Source: an uncultured Gammaproteobacteria bacterium (GTDB lineage: Bacteria > Patescibacteriota > Patescibacteriia > Magasanikbacterales > JBBTQS01). Taken from it: 64,000 bases of DNA. The notes under the pieces are model-generated. The model saw only the letters and a program-made list of their open reading frames with translations. It searched no databases and was not told where the DNA came from. Each line of letters starts with the position of its first letter. Position 1 is the first letter of the stretch. The position numbers were made by a program, and so were the translations under genes. The stretch covers positions 19,802 to 83,801 of the forward strand of contig CAZVGV010000002.1 in NCBI GenBank assembly GCA_964627055.1, in the 5' to 3' direction. Of this stretch, positions 39,506 through 49,507 are shown one piece after another.

Positions 39506-41725
39506 TTATTTGTCTAATTCCCTAAGAAACTCCTCTGCACCTTGTCGATAGGACGAATCTATCTCAACAGCACGCAACGCAGCACTTCGTGCTTCAGCTA
39601 CTCGCCCCACCTTGCCATATGCCAATGCCAAGCGCGACCACCAGAGAGGATCACCGGGCAATTGCTGCACTACAATTTCATAGAGCTGCACCAATCGTTC
39701 ATATCGCTGCTTCTCAACGAGAATAGTCGTCACCGCCTCTACCTGTGTCGCTGATTCGAACACAAATCGTTTGTCTATAGCTCGTTCAATATACCGCAGT
39801 CCTTCATCCACCGTTACAGGATCCTTGAGCAATACAAACCCGTAATACCAATCAACCAGCGCTGTATTCCCCACGTGCTGCATTGCCCCTTCCATCACTC
39901 CTTTTGCTTCAGCATATCGTGTAAGACCTAGGAGCGCCTGCGTTTGTAACAAATACCCTTCTTCACGAGTAGGGCTCAACATTGTAGCCTCATTGAAGTA
40001 TGAACGGGCGCGTTCAAGCGCAACAGAGTCTCCGTAGAGTGCCCCTATTTGGTATTCCATCTTCCCCACCATGCTCAGCAACAAAAAGGTGCGTGGTGAT
40101 GCAACAAGCAGTGCGTCAATCTCACTGCGCAACCATTGTACATCACGATCTAGCCATCCACGGACCTCTGGCGAGAGAGATGCGAGTTGTTGGTCAGCAG
40201 CGAATGCTGGAACCATATCAAGTACCGCACTCGCACTCCAGCGCAGTCGCTCGAACTGATACGGTGTATACCAATCAAAGGCGTAACGCAAATATACTCG
40301 TGCCGCCTTCCAATCACCGACGTACGACTTCTGCAGTGCATAGTTTGTGAGCGAGGAAGAAATCAGTGGCACTATACTCAACATAAGCATAGCAACACCA
40401 ACAGCAATGCTTACCGCCCATACTGCAGGACGTGTCACTCTCCACGCAGTTCGTTGCTCAGTTGCAATCGCCGCTTGCTCCTGTGCAAGCACCCATCCTA
40501 CCAATAACGCAATAGAAAGGTATGTCCCCCCGTTTTCAAAAAGAAACAGCATCTGTACCACATGACCCGCACCAATCCCCACAAGCACTGCAATCATGCG
40601 TGCACCCCATACACCTTCACGATACCGTCGCACACCCGCACGAACGAGCATTGCCACCACAAGAAGAAAAAGCACTCCACCCACTACACCACTTGTAGCC
40701 AACAATTCCAGCCATTGATTATGCGGTTTGTCGACATAGGACTCCACAAACGCGATTTCAGAGAGTGCTGGGTTATAGAACGCATCGCTTACTCGTCGAT
40801 AGTTTTCAGGCCCCCAACCGGTCAGCGGTCTTGCCACAAATCCGTCCCAAGCAACCCCCCAATTTATGAGACGTGTAGTAAGCGTTGTAGTTCCCAAAAG
40901 ACCACGTGCCCACTGCTGCACAGCAATCGATTGTGTTCCAACTACAGCAATTACTCCCAGTACAGCAACCAGTACACCAGCAGCCCAGGCAATGCGCTGC
41001 TTCGTAATGAGCTGTCTACGCAGCAAAACCCAAACCAACGTGGCCACCACTACACCAGTGGTAAGTCCCAAATAGGTGCCACGCGCTTGAGTGAACACAA
41101 GTGCACCAATCGAGAGTACACCGAACACAACCACAACGCCTCGCATCGTTCGACGATCCAAGAGCGCGACAACTGCTGCGATGCCTAATTGAAGAAACAA
41201 ATACGACGCGAGCAACACCGGGTTACCCAAGGTACTCCCCACACGATGCTGTGAGACATTTGGCAACAGATCAGGATTCGACGACTGCACAAGCGCAAGT
41301 GCTGCAACAATGCATGCTGCGTACAAACTTGATTTCAAAACCTGCAACCGTGCTGCTGGTGTGAAAAGTGGTGAGGCAAAAATAAGTGCAGCCACTACCA
41401 TATGGGTCTGATACCACAATCCAGTAGCTCGTGCCATGTCGCCCCATACACTCTGCCACCAATCAACACCCGCAAAGGCACACACCCACTGTCCAACAAG
41501 AAACAATACCACCGCAATACTCAACGGACTCCATCGCAATCGCAATGAAGGTTCACGATACCACACCCATCCTGCTGCAATTGCCAGTACCGAAACAATC
41601 ACCTGCACGACCACTGCCTGTACGTACGACAGAGGGAACAATGAAATCGGAAGGTATGCTAGTGGCGCCCATACAAGCACGAGACCGCACCATCGAACAA
41701 TGCGACGCAACAGGTTTGTACTCAT
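39506..41725 (-). CDS. O-antigen ligase (Wzy_C) family membrane protein with C-terminal TPR (paralog 2 of 3)
   Basis: Same architecture as 37391..39496, with a C-terminal TPR region (..LALAYGKVGRVAEARSAALRAVEIDSSY..). Confidence 0.7.
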   Translation of the reverse strand: MSTNLLRRIVRWCGLVLVWAPLAYLPISLFPLSYVQAVVVQVIVSVLAIAAGWVWYREPSLRLRWSPLSIAVVLFLVGQWVCAFAGVDWWQSVWGDMARATGLWYQTHMVVAALIFASPLFTPAARLQVLKSSLYAACIVAALALVQSSNPDLLPNVSQHRVGSTLGNPVLLASYLFLQLGIAAVVALLDRRTMRGVVVVFGVLSIGALVFTQARGTYLGLTTGVVVATLVWVLLRRQLITKQRIAWAAGVLVAVLGVIAVVGTQSIAVQQWARGLLGTTTLTTRLINWGVAWDGFVARPLTGWGPENYRRVSDAFYNPALSEIAFVESYVDKPHNQWLELLATSGVVGGVLFLLVVAMLVRAGVRRYREGVWGARMIAVLVGIGAGHVVQMLFLFENGGTYLSIALLVGWVLAQEQAAIATEQRTAWRVTRPAVWAVSIAVGVAMLMLSIVPLISSSLTNYALQKSYVGDWKAARVYLRYAFDWYTPYQFERLRWSASAVLDMVPAFAADQQLASLSPEVRGWLDRDVQWLRSEIDALLVASPRTFLLLSMVGKMEYQIGALYGDSVALERARSYFNEATMLSPTREEGYLLQTQALLGLTRYAEAKGVMEGAMQHVGNTALVDWYYGFVLLKDPVTVDEGLRYIERAIDKRFVFESATQVEAVTTILVEKQRYERLVQLYEIVVQQLPGDPLWWSRLALAYGKVGRVAEARSAALRAVEIDSSYRQGAEEFLRELDK

Positions 41726-43608
41726 AGTGCTGGGAATACTACACCGCGTTTCAATCCTTCTTGCTTTATTTCCTCCGCATGCTCAGTATCAGCGGCCATT
41801 CGATACGCTAAATAAAGATACACATATGTTTCGCGTACATCAGGTTCGGCTGCACGCACCTGTTCAAGCCGAACAATTGCATCTGGTACACGATTAATTT
41901 CAATCAAAAATTGCCCTTCTGCATAGCCTGGATACGGGTGCCGAGGTGCTAACGATTGTGCCCGCGCAAACATATCTTGTGCGCGGACAATCCACTCATT
42001 TCCATTGCGCACGGCTTGCTGACCATAATACTGAGCCAACAAATATGTGCGATAGAATCTCTGCTGATTCTCTGTACATGCATCAGCGCGCTTTTCTAGG
42101 TGCTGCGCAGTGCGTACTCGGATATCTTCTGGCATTTGTGCATTCCCTGCAACAGCAATCCAGGTTTGCATCGCTTTCTCCCAAAGTTGGCATGACGCAG
42201 GAACCTCGTCATTTCCAATCTTTGTCACTATGTCCATCCACGGGAACCAACGCCCCGACGCGCGGGCCTGCTCCGCAGCACCATAGGAGGCAAATGCCGA
42301 TGCATGCGTAGTCCAAACCACCCCACCAACCACAGCAATAATGCCTGTTACTACTACAACGAGCCGATGGGAACCACGCAATTGTTTTGGTGTTACAGGC
42401 ATGGCAATCGTTCTTGGTACCGCAACAATACTTGCAAAACTAATCCAGAAAATTGACGCTACCACTGGCTGTTCAGGGGTAAAGAAAAGATATACACAGT
42501 AGGCACCAACCATGGCTGCTGCCCAAGGTGACACACGCCATGCGAGCACTGCAGCTGCAAGATATAACATGCCCCAGATGATCATGCCCGCGATACCTGT
42601 CTCCACACCCACCATAAGGAGCGTATTATGTGCATCGTCATTGAATGCCTCACTCCCCACATGCACAAGACTTGCGGGGTCAAACTGCGACGCAAACACC
42701 TCTGGATACGCCCCACGACCCCAGCCCATTGGTTCTTCTCTCATGGCATTCCAGGCAATGCTCCATTGAAGTAACCGAGTCTGTGATGTCACTGCTGATG
42801 GAGCAATTTGCACAGCGCGGGGAAGGTTCCACGATGCTGGTGCAAACTGTACAGCAACAAACACTGTCAGGAAGAGAGCAAGAATTCCTCCCACTATACG
42901 ACCACGCGGCTTGGGCATATGGAGCACCATCCACACTCCTGCAATCATCAATCCACATACCAAACCCAACAATCCTGCACGACTATCAGTTGCGATTATC
43001 GCGCTCATCTGCACAATCGCACCAACAATCCACCACCCTCGCACTTCAGCTCGTGTACGTGTGTACATCACTCCTGTTACTCCAAGAGTTACGAGCAAAT
43101 ACCCTGCAAGAAATGACGCATTTCCCATTGTCGAAACCATGCTCCCTGTCACACCAATCCAGGGCAACCCAGGTGCCACCTTCCCAATCCATCCCAGTAT
43201 TGCAACCACTACTCCCATACTAGCTATAACGCGCAACAATCTTGTTCGCCAAACATCTGTGAGGAGAAGGACTGCATCTGTTCCAACGACTAAGACGTGG
43301 AGCCAAATCCACCACCCATTAGCACGCAACAACGATCCCCAGCCCAGATACTCACCCCGTACTGAAAGCGCACCCAAAAGCACGAGCCATACAACCAACA
43401 ACGCTCTGACCATGAGCCCAAAAACACCGGAACCCAACTGTGCATCTTGTAATGACTTTTGACGCAACCGGACTACTATTGCTCCGAGATACCCAATATC
43501 AAGAAGCGCGATCAATACCAATACTTTTGCAGTTATATACGGCTCAGGTAAGCCCGGTATAATCAACAACGGCACCAACACTGCGATCAGAGTAAGAAAA
43601 ATTCCCAT
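41722..43608 (-). CDS. O-antigen ligase (Wzy_C) family membrane protein with C-terminal TPR (paralog 3 of 3)
   Basis: Same architecture again. Its stop overlaps the start of paralog 2. Confidence 0.7.
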   Translation of the reverse strand: MGIFLTLIAVLVPLLIIPGLPEPYITAKVLVLIALLDIGYLGAIVVRLRQKSLQDAQLGSGVFGLMVRALLVVWLVLLGALSVRGEYLGWGSLLRANGWWIWLHVLVVGTDAVLLLTDVWRTRLLRVIASMGVVVAILGWIGKVAPGLPWIGVTGSMVSTMGNASFLAGYLLVTLGVTGVMYTRTRAEVRGWWIVGAIVQMSAIIATDSRAGLLGLVCGLMIAGVWMVLHMPKPRGRIVGGILALFLTVFVAVQFAPASWNLPRAVQIAPSAVTSQTRLLQWSIAWNAMREEPMGWGRGAYPEVFASQFDPASLVHVGSEAFNDDAHNTLLMVGVETGIAGMIIWGMLYLAAAVLAWRVSPWAAAMVGAYCVYLFFTPEQPVVASIFWISFASIVAVPRTIAMPVTPKQLRGSHRLVVVVTGIIAVVGGVVWTTHASAFASYGAAEQARASGRWFPWMDIVTKIGNDEVPASCQLWEKAMQTWIAVAGNAQMPEDIRVRTAQHLEKRADACTENQQRFYRTYLLAQYYGQQAVRNGNEWIVRAQDMFARAQSLAPRHPYPGYAEGQFLIEINRVPDAIVRLEQVRAAEPDVRETYVYLYLAYRMAADTEHAEEIKQEGLKRGVVFPAL

Positions 43609-43689
43609 AGAAAATACTACACGGTATCATACCCTTCATTGCTCTGCTTGTTAAGCGTTTCGTTGTGCGTCAATAGCAAAACTCCCCGG

Positions 43690-43730
43690 TTACCCGGGGA
43701 GTTTGTGCTTTTTCGCTGTGTCATCCTCTT
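43690..43730 (-). terminator. Rho-independent terminator downstream of the giant surface protein gene
   Basis: An AACTCCCCGG-tta-CCGGGGAGTT stem with T-rich flanks on both strands. Confidence 0.45.
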
Positions 43731-43757
43731 GCGAGGACTCCACGACTACTCCCTAGA

Positions 43758-46700
43758 TTAGTAGGTAAGAGTCTTACCAGCGAATGGCAAGCCGCCGAGA
43801 CCAGAAGCTGTTGGCTTGAGGTCGAAAATCTGAGCGGTGTAACCATCAGTCCAGCCAATACCCTTAACTGCGGTGCCGCCAGCGGTGCCGCCGACAGAGA
43901 GACCTACAGTAAGTGTGTTGTTGGAAGCTGCGTCATCCGTGTCCATTGTGACGATAACCGTCTTGCTGGAACCAGATGGGATTTCAAGTGGGGTCGACAT
44001 GATGTCGAAGTTGGTGTCATCCGACGAGCTACCGAGGTCACCAGCTGTGTACGTGCTTACGTACGAAGTGGAAGCCAAGAGGTTACCCGAGGAAACACTG
44101 TCCTTGTAGATCTTCACCTCACGAGCAGCGTGAGCTGCAGCTGCAGAGATCGACGTATCAATCTTGAGGTTGAGACGCCAGATTGTAGCAGACTGGTTGT
44201 TCACGTTAGCTGGGTTGGTGAATACCCACTTAGCAACGACCTTGTCGTCACCCTTCGAAGTTGCTCCAGATGGAGCGTCCGAAGCGTGAGCAACGCTCAA
44301 GTTAGCCTTGAGAGGGTGCTTCTTTGTAGCTGGGAGGTACATCGTAGCGGACGTCAAGCCCGAGAAGGACGTGATCGAAGCGCCAGATTCTGCACCACGA
44401 GCAACGATAGAAGCGGTGTTGCTGCTGTCATAGCCGTACAACATACCCATGAAGAACGTGGAGCTCGAGAATGTATCAGGAGCGCCAGTGATGTCTGCAA
44501 CGACGCGCAAGGTCTTGCTCGAGTTCTTTGGAACTACGAAGTTAAGACCAGTGAACGTAGCGTAAGCAGTCGCGGTGTATGAAGCGGTAGACGTAGCACT
44601 TGCGGTAGCAAGGGACGATACTGCGGAACCAACCATCGTGTCACCGTCCATGAGGCGGATGTTTCCAATAACACCAGTGGTGCTTGTGGAAATCAACGAC
44701 AACATGGAAGGAGTGAGCTCGCTGATCGTTACGCCTTCTTCCTTACCAGCGGTGAACTTGAAACGAGCAAGTTCAACGTCAGTGGATCCCATCGTTACGT
44801 AGTGCTCAGCTGTAGAGTCTGAAGCAACTGCAACGGTGAGAGAACCAGAGGAAGCAACGTATACGTTCTGGAGACCTGCAGACATCGTAGCGGTACCACT
44901 CTGAGACGTCTCAAGTGTCTGGTAGGACACTGAAGATGGGTAGAGAATACCGTTCGTGTCAGCATTGATGTTTGCGCTCGAACCGCCGGTTACGTCTGCA
45001 AGTACATCAACAACGTAGGTCTCACCCTTTGCGAGCACAACTGGAGTTGTGAGGGTGTAGTCATACGTGTCGGATGCGCCTGTGGTCAACGTACCCTTAA
45101 CGCCCGCGATGTCAGCACCATTGTGCTGGAGGCGGAGGTTGGAGAAGACTGCAGAGAGACCACCAGTTACATCAGCCTTAACGGTGATGTTGGTAATCTT
45201 TGCACCTTCGCCAGAACCAGCCTTGACCACGAACGAGCTGATGCGTGCACTCTTGGTGCTCGAAACAGCGGTTGGGTTCACCGAGCTACCATCAGCAACC
45301 GTCAAGTTCTCAGACAAAGTTGGAACCGAGGAAGCGAAGGTAAGGCTGTATGCTGTTGCAGAAGCCGTGCTGATCGACGTAAGAGAGGTCTTAGCCTGAG
45401 CGTTAGCAGAGCCAGCGCGGAGGACAACCTGTACTGTGTCGCCAGCAACAACCGACGTATCGGTCGTGTCAGCAGTTACAACGAGCTTGCCGATCGTACC
45501 AGGTGTTACAACAAAGTTGTTGGAGAAGGTGTAGTCAGCGTCCAAGCTGGTGTTGTCACCAGAGGTCGAAGAAGCTACAGCTGTACCAACCTGTACACCG
45601 TTAAGGAAAAGCTTAACGTTCTTGTACGCGTTGTTGGACGAACCTGCGAGGTAAAGAGACATGCTGTCTACCTTCACTGCTTCACCAGCAGCAACGAGGT
45701 CAAACGTTGCGAGGTTGACGCCAGTAGCGCCAGTCGCAATGTTGTTCTTCGTTGACTCAGTAGCTGGAGTGATCGTGAGGGTACCCGTGTTGATCGTCGT
45801 CTGTGCGGTGGTCTGGATGGAGAACGCCGTCGTATTGAGGGTTACCACCGGAGCGTATACACCGTACTGAAGATCCCAAGCGGTTACATCAGTTTCTTCC
45901 TGAACCGAGAACTGGAAGTTGCGGTTGGTACCACCAACTACTGTTCCGTAGAGGTCCAAGAACTTGGACTGACCAGCAGTGATCTTGAGACCACCATCTG
46001 CAGAGCTGGAGAAGTCGAACGTGAGCTTGTTGTTACCAAGATCAGCGTACGTTGCACCATACTGCGTGCCAGCAACAGTCAACTTGATGTTCTTGATGTC
46101 AGCAGCGCTTACCGAACCGATCTGGGTGAAGGTAATACGCTTCACGAGAAGGTTCTGATCTGTAGCGAGGAGCTTGAACTTAGCAAGTTCCTTGTCTGCA
46201 GATGCGTTTGCATCCATCGTGGTAGCAGATACTGGGGACGAAGTTGCAACCTGGAGATAGCCGAGGTCAGTGACCGTAGCAATCGTCATGTTGTTTCCAA
46301 CAGCGGAACCAGATGCTGCACCAGACTTCACTTCAGCACCATTGACGGTGAAACCGACAGTGGTACCAGTGCTTGCCGACTTGTTGATGTTTGCCTTCAC
46401 CCAAACAGTCTTGGTCTGGCCAGCTGGAACTGTGAAAATACCGTTCGAGTTGGTCCAGGTTACCTTACCGCTCGAGATGGAAGAAGACTCTGCGAGAATG
46501 GTCTCGCCGTCCATGAGCAATACATCGTCAACATCGCTGTCCTTCGAAATACCTGTGCGAGTTGCAGTAACAGTTGTTACTACAGCCTCAGCACCAACTG
46601 CGGAGAAGCGAACAGCCGTCATTGGGGCCATGCGCTGTCCGAGCGTAGCGCCGGAAGTTGTGTCAACCACAACGGATCCAGCAGCTGGGGTAGCGGAGTC

Positions 46701-47447
46701 GAGCGAGATGGTCAACGTCGTTGGAGCTGTTGGCGAAACTGGCTTACCGCCGGTCTGTGCCGTGTCTGCAACGTCGCTGTCGCCAAGAGCTGCACCAGCG
46801 GTCAAACCAGCGAGAGATCCGCTTACAACGAACTTCGAGTTGAAGTGGTTGCCAGCAAATGCTGCGTCACTGATCATGCGCTTTGTGTTGCCCTCAACAT
46901 AGTACTTAGAAGCACCGTCCATCACTACTGCACCCGTTGGGTATACGCCTGCGGTAGCAAGCTCAGCACCAGTGGTGTAGTTCGTGAAGAATGCATCTGG
47001 TACGTCGATTACCATCTTCGACCAGTTAGCACCCCAGAGGGACTTAGCAACTGCTTCGGTCTTTACCCAGCGCAATACGCCCTTAGGCTCTACTGCGTAT
47101 ACCTTTGGATCCGTCGTGATCTTCACGAGGAAGGTACCAGGGCGAACCGTAATGTTTCCTGCGAGTGGAACTGCTGCCAATTCGTCAGCTGATACCACTG
47201 TAACGCCGTTGAAGTTTGGATACCAAGCTTCAAAGGTCTTTTGTGTTGGGAAGGTGTAGCGGCCGTTGTTCATGAAGTAGTACACCGTCGAGAGGTCAGC
47301 ACGCTTGATAAGCATGCCGTTCGTCATGGTTGCTGCGGAAGCGGTCAATGGGGCTACCATTGCTGCAAATCCAACAGCCCAGAGAATCGTCGCGGTTGTT
47401 ACTACGTATGTAACGGACTGCTTCACCATTCTCACTGCATCTGTCAT
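43758..47447 (-). CDS. Giant secreted Thr/Ser/Ala/Gly-rich surface protein (1229 aa) with an N-terminal conserved module
   Basis: It has an N-terminal signal/TM region. Residues about 40-160 (GTFLVKITTDPKVYAVEPKGVLRWVKTEAVAKSLWGANWSKMVIDVPDAFFTNYTTG) are homologous to the C-terminus of 30777..33980. The rest is T/S-rich repetitive sequence, probably Ig/beta-sandwich repeats. Confidence 0.7.
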   Translation of the reverse strand: MTDAVRMVKQSVTYVVTTATILWAVGFAAMVAPLTASAATMTNGMLIKRADLSTVYYFMNNGRYTFPTQKTFEAWYPNFNGVTVVSADELAAVPLAGNITVRPGTFLVKITTDPKVYAVEPKGVLRWVKTEAVAKSLWGANWSKMVIDVPDAFFTNYTTGAELATAGVYPTGAVVMDGASKYYVEGNTKRMISDAAFAGNHFNSKFVVSGSLAGLTAGAALGDSDVADTAQTGGKPVSPTAPTTLTISLDSATPAAGSVVVDTTSGATLGQRMAPMTAVRFSAVGAEAVVTTVTATRTGISKDSDVDDVLLMDGETILAESSSISSGKVTWTNSNGIFTVPAGQTKTVWVKANINKSASTGTTVGFTVNGAEVKSGAASGSAVGNNMTIATVTDLGYLQVATSSPVSATTMDANASADKELAKFKLLATDQNLLVKRITFTQIGSVSAADIKNIKLTVAGTQYGATYADLGNNKLTFDFSSSADGGLKITAGQSKFLDLYGTVVGGTNRNFQFSVQEETDVTAWDLQYGVYAPVVTLNTTAFSIQTTAQTTINTGTLTITPATESTKNNIATGATGVNLATFDLVAAGEAVKVDSMSLYLAGSSNNAYKNVKLFLNGVQVGTAVASSTSGDNTSLDADYTFSNNFVVTPGTIGKLVVTADTTDTSVVAGDTVQVVLRAGSANAQAKTSLTSISTASATAYSLTFASSVPTLSENLTVADGSSVNPTAVSSTKSARISSFVVKAGSGEGAKITNITVKADVTGGLSAVFSNLRLQHNGADIAGVKGTLTTGASDTYDYTLTTPVVLAKGETYVVDVLADVTGGSSANINADTNGILYPSSVSYQTLETSQSGTATMSAGLQNVYVASSGSLTVAVASDSTAEHYVTMGSTDVELARFKFTAGKEEGVTISELTPSMLSLISTSTTGVIGNIRLMDGDTMVGSAVSSLATASATSTASYTATAYATFTGLNFVVPKNSSKTLRVVADITGAPDTFSSSTFFMGMLYGYDSSNTASIVARGAESGASITSFSGLTSATMYLPATKKHPLKANLSVAHASDAPSGATSKGDDKVVAKWVFTNPANVNNQSATIWRLNLKIDTSISAAAAHAAREVKIYKDSVSSGNLLASTSYVSTYTAGDLGSSSDDTNFDIMSTPLEIPSGSSKTVIVTMDTDDAASNNTLTVGLSVGGTAGGTAVKGIGWTDGYTAQIFDLKPTASGLGGLPFAGKTLTY

Positions 47448-47480
47448 AAGAATGATTACTTTCTATTAATTGCACTTACC

Positions 47481-47523
47481 TGTGACCACCGCACGTGCGC
47501 GGTGTCGACCCTTGTGAGTCACA
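47481..47523. promoter_or_regulatory. Nested dyad symmetry upstream of the giant surface protein gene (candidate operator)
   Basis: An outer inverted repeat TGTGAC...GTCACA flanks an inner imperfect 18-bp palindrome, CACCGCACGTGCGCGGTG, that contains CACGTG. Confidence 0.25.
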
Positions 47524-47617
47524 GTCCTCGGTATCTCTTTATCGTTAGACAAAGGGATACACACGAACCTGTCGCATCTGGCATCTCTACCAGATCGGCA
47601 GGCAGCGCGTATATCTC

Positions 47618-48829
47618 TTACTCTCGAACCTCAATAGTGGTTGTTGGAATCTTCACGCTACTACTTACGGTAGTAGACGCAGCAGACGGGATTTCGATAC
47701 GCGGCGTATCAGCACTCTCGACCGGCGCAGCTAATTTTGCAGCAATGTCTACTTCCTGAGCAGCCTTCTGTACAATACGTGCCTGCGCAGTTACTTCCAT
47801 GGTTGCTGGAACCAAGGTCTTGATCTGTAATGCAGCAGCTGTCACATTGTCAGCCTCCAACAGTACTTTGGTCTTTGCGAGCGCTTCACGAACTTCCTCA
47901 GTCTTGCGTTGTACCTGCATAGCAGGTGCAATCACCTTGGACTTCTCTGCAACCATGCTTGGCTGCAACGGTACAGTCTGTACAGACTTCACAGCTCCAT
48001 TGAGATCCTCGGTTACATTTGCAACACGAGTTTCAATCTGTGACAGTTTCTTGTCTACAATCTCCTTGATCTCAGCCTTGGTAATTGCAGCACTCCCCTG
48101 CGCTAGTGACTCGACATATACTTCTACTGTCTTGTCACCAGTTGCAACGACTGCGAATTCCGCTGCCTTCATGGCGTCGTTCACGCTTGCGTCCCCTGCT
48201 GCTTCAGCCAACACCTTCACCTGATCGATCTGCTGCAAGTACCGTGTCGCATGTACATCCATACTCTTCGCAATCTCGACAGCGACTGCCGCATCGGTGC
48301 TCTTAAGCGCCTCAAGGGTTGCATTTACTTCTGTCATGCTCTCTTGAAATCGCTGTACCGCTTCCTTCGCCTTCTCTGGCTCAGCAATCACCTTCTGCGC
48401 TTCATCGAGACGTCGTGTTGCGTACTCTGCTTGCAACTTGGTCTTTGCTGAAGTTCCTTGTGTAGCTCCAACCACAGCAACGGTGGTGTTCTCAATACCA
48501 ATTTTCACTGGATACCACACGTCACCTGGTACACTATTCAACGAAGCAAATGCGCCGGTTGCCCAAGAGCCTGTAGCAATACCGAACGCAAGACCCATGA
48601 GCACAATTGGTCGCACCACCGCATACACCGTGCGTGGTGGAATAAAGATAGAAAGTAACAACCACATGTTCGCAAATGAGAACATGCGTACGCGTGGCGC
48701 TGTGCCGGAATTCGTAACTGTAGAAAGAAGATGCGCACGAGTTGCATGCACAAACGCCGCACGTGGATTGATATTTCCACGAACGTCATTGAGCTGATGT
48801 AAATTGTGGCGCAACTGTCGGCGGGTCAT
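47618..48829 (-). CDS. Membrane anti-sigma-factor-like protein (DUF5667-type extracytoplasmic domain)
   Basis: A cytoplasmic N-terminal roughly 50 aa is followed by a single TM helix and an extracellular PGDVWYPVKIGIE.. coiled-coil-rich domain. The gene is immediately downstream of the ECF sigma gene. Confidence 0.55.
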   Translation of the reverse strand: MTRRQLRHNLHQLNDVRGNINPRAAFVHATRAHLLSTVTNSGTAPRVRMFSFANMWLLLSIFIPPRTVYAVVRPIVLMGLAFGIATGSWATGAFASLNSVPGDVWYPVKIGIENTTVAVVGATQGTSAKTKLQAEYATRRLDEAQKVIAEPEKAKEAVQRFQESMTEVNATLEALKSTDAAVAVEIAKSMDVHATRYLQQIDQVKVLAEAAGDASVNDAMKAAEFAVVATGDKTVEVYVESLAQGSAAITKAEIKEIVDKKLSQIETRVANVTEDLNGAVKSVQTVPLQPSMVAEKSKVIAPAMQVQRKTEEVREALAKTKVLLEADNVTAAALQIKTLVPATMEVTAQARIVQKAAQEVDIAAKLAAPVESADTPRIEIPSAASTTVSSSVKIPTTTIEVRE

Positions 48830-48837
48830 AGGATTGA

Positions 48838-49413
48838 TTACTCAACCTTCAAAACTTTGCGAAGTGCTTTCATGGCACGGTGCGTGGTAACACGCACATC
48901 GACACTGGACTTGCCCAGGATCTCTGCTACTTCACTTGCAGAGAGCCCATCAACATATCGGAACAGCACGACTTCTCGATACTCTTCCTTCAGCTGTGCA
49001 ATGGCATCGAGCACCTGTTGGTGATCATGCTCGGTCTCGATTTTTCTCACACCAGATCCCTTATCAGAGAGGTGTGCCATGCGATCATCAGGGTGGTCTT
49101 CTTCTTCGTCTGGGAACCCTGTCACTTCATTGCGCGTCGCTCTGCGTCGATAGAGATCGATCACGAGGTTGCGTGCAATGCGGTAGATAACCGCGCGGAA
49201 TGAACGAACGTCCGTGTGCTCCGTGATGTAGTTCCATGCCTTGAGGAATACATCTGCGGTGAGATCCTCAGCATCTTCATGGTTATTTACCTTGAAGTAC
49301 ACGAACCGATAAATGGACGTCACATACGTGTCATACAGCTGCGCATAGGCCTGTGGGTCTTTGCGTGTCTGCGCACGATAGAGCCAATATTTCTCTTTAA
49401 TGGCGTCCTTCAT
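48838..49413 (-). CDS. RNA polymerase sigma-70 factor, ECF subfamily
   Basis: Region 2 (IYRFVYFKV..DLTADVFLKAW, RNLVIDLYRR) and region 4 (LSASEVAEILGKSSVDVRVTTHRAMKALRK) are present. Confidence 0.85.
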   Translation of the reverse strand: MKDAIKEKYWLYRAQTRKDPQAYAQLYDTYVTSIYRFVYFKVNNHEDAEDLTADVFLKAWNYITEHTDVRSFRAVIYRIARNLVIDLYRRRATRNEVTGFPDEEEDHPDDRMAHLSDKGSGVRKIETEHDHQQVLDAIAQLKEEYREVVLFRYVDGLSASEVAEILGKSSVDVRVTTHRAMKALRKVLKVE

Positions 49414-49486
49414 CTTAAGATGACGTTAGAAGTCGAGAAGTGTTACACCTGTGTACATCCGGTCCAACCAGGGCGTATGGTGCCAT

Positions 49487-49495
49487 AGTATAGCA
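49487..49495 (-). promoter_or_regulatory. TGCTATACT extended -10 element upstream of the ECF sigma gene; a possible ECF-type AAC-N16-CGTC motif lies closer to the ATG
   Basis: The minus strand reads TGCTATACT ... GTGTAACacttctcgacttctaaCGTCatcttaagATG. A hairpin (AAATCAGTGG/CCACTGATTT) overlaps the upstream gene's stop. Confidence 0.3.
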
Positions 49496-49507
49496 AAATC
49501 AGTGGAT

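Noticed and set aside
30777-47447. A possible DNA-level tandem repeat or CRISPR-like array inside the giant protein genes
   Set aside because: The periodicity is in amino-acid composition (T/S/G/A-rich beta-strand repeats), not exact nucleotide repeats with unique spacers. No CRISPR repeat-spacer structure occurs anywhere in the window.
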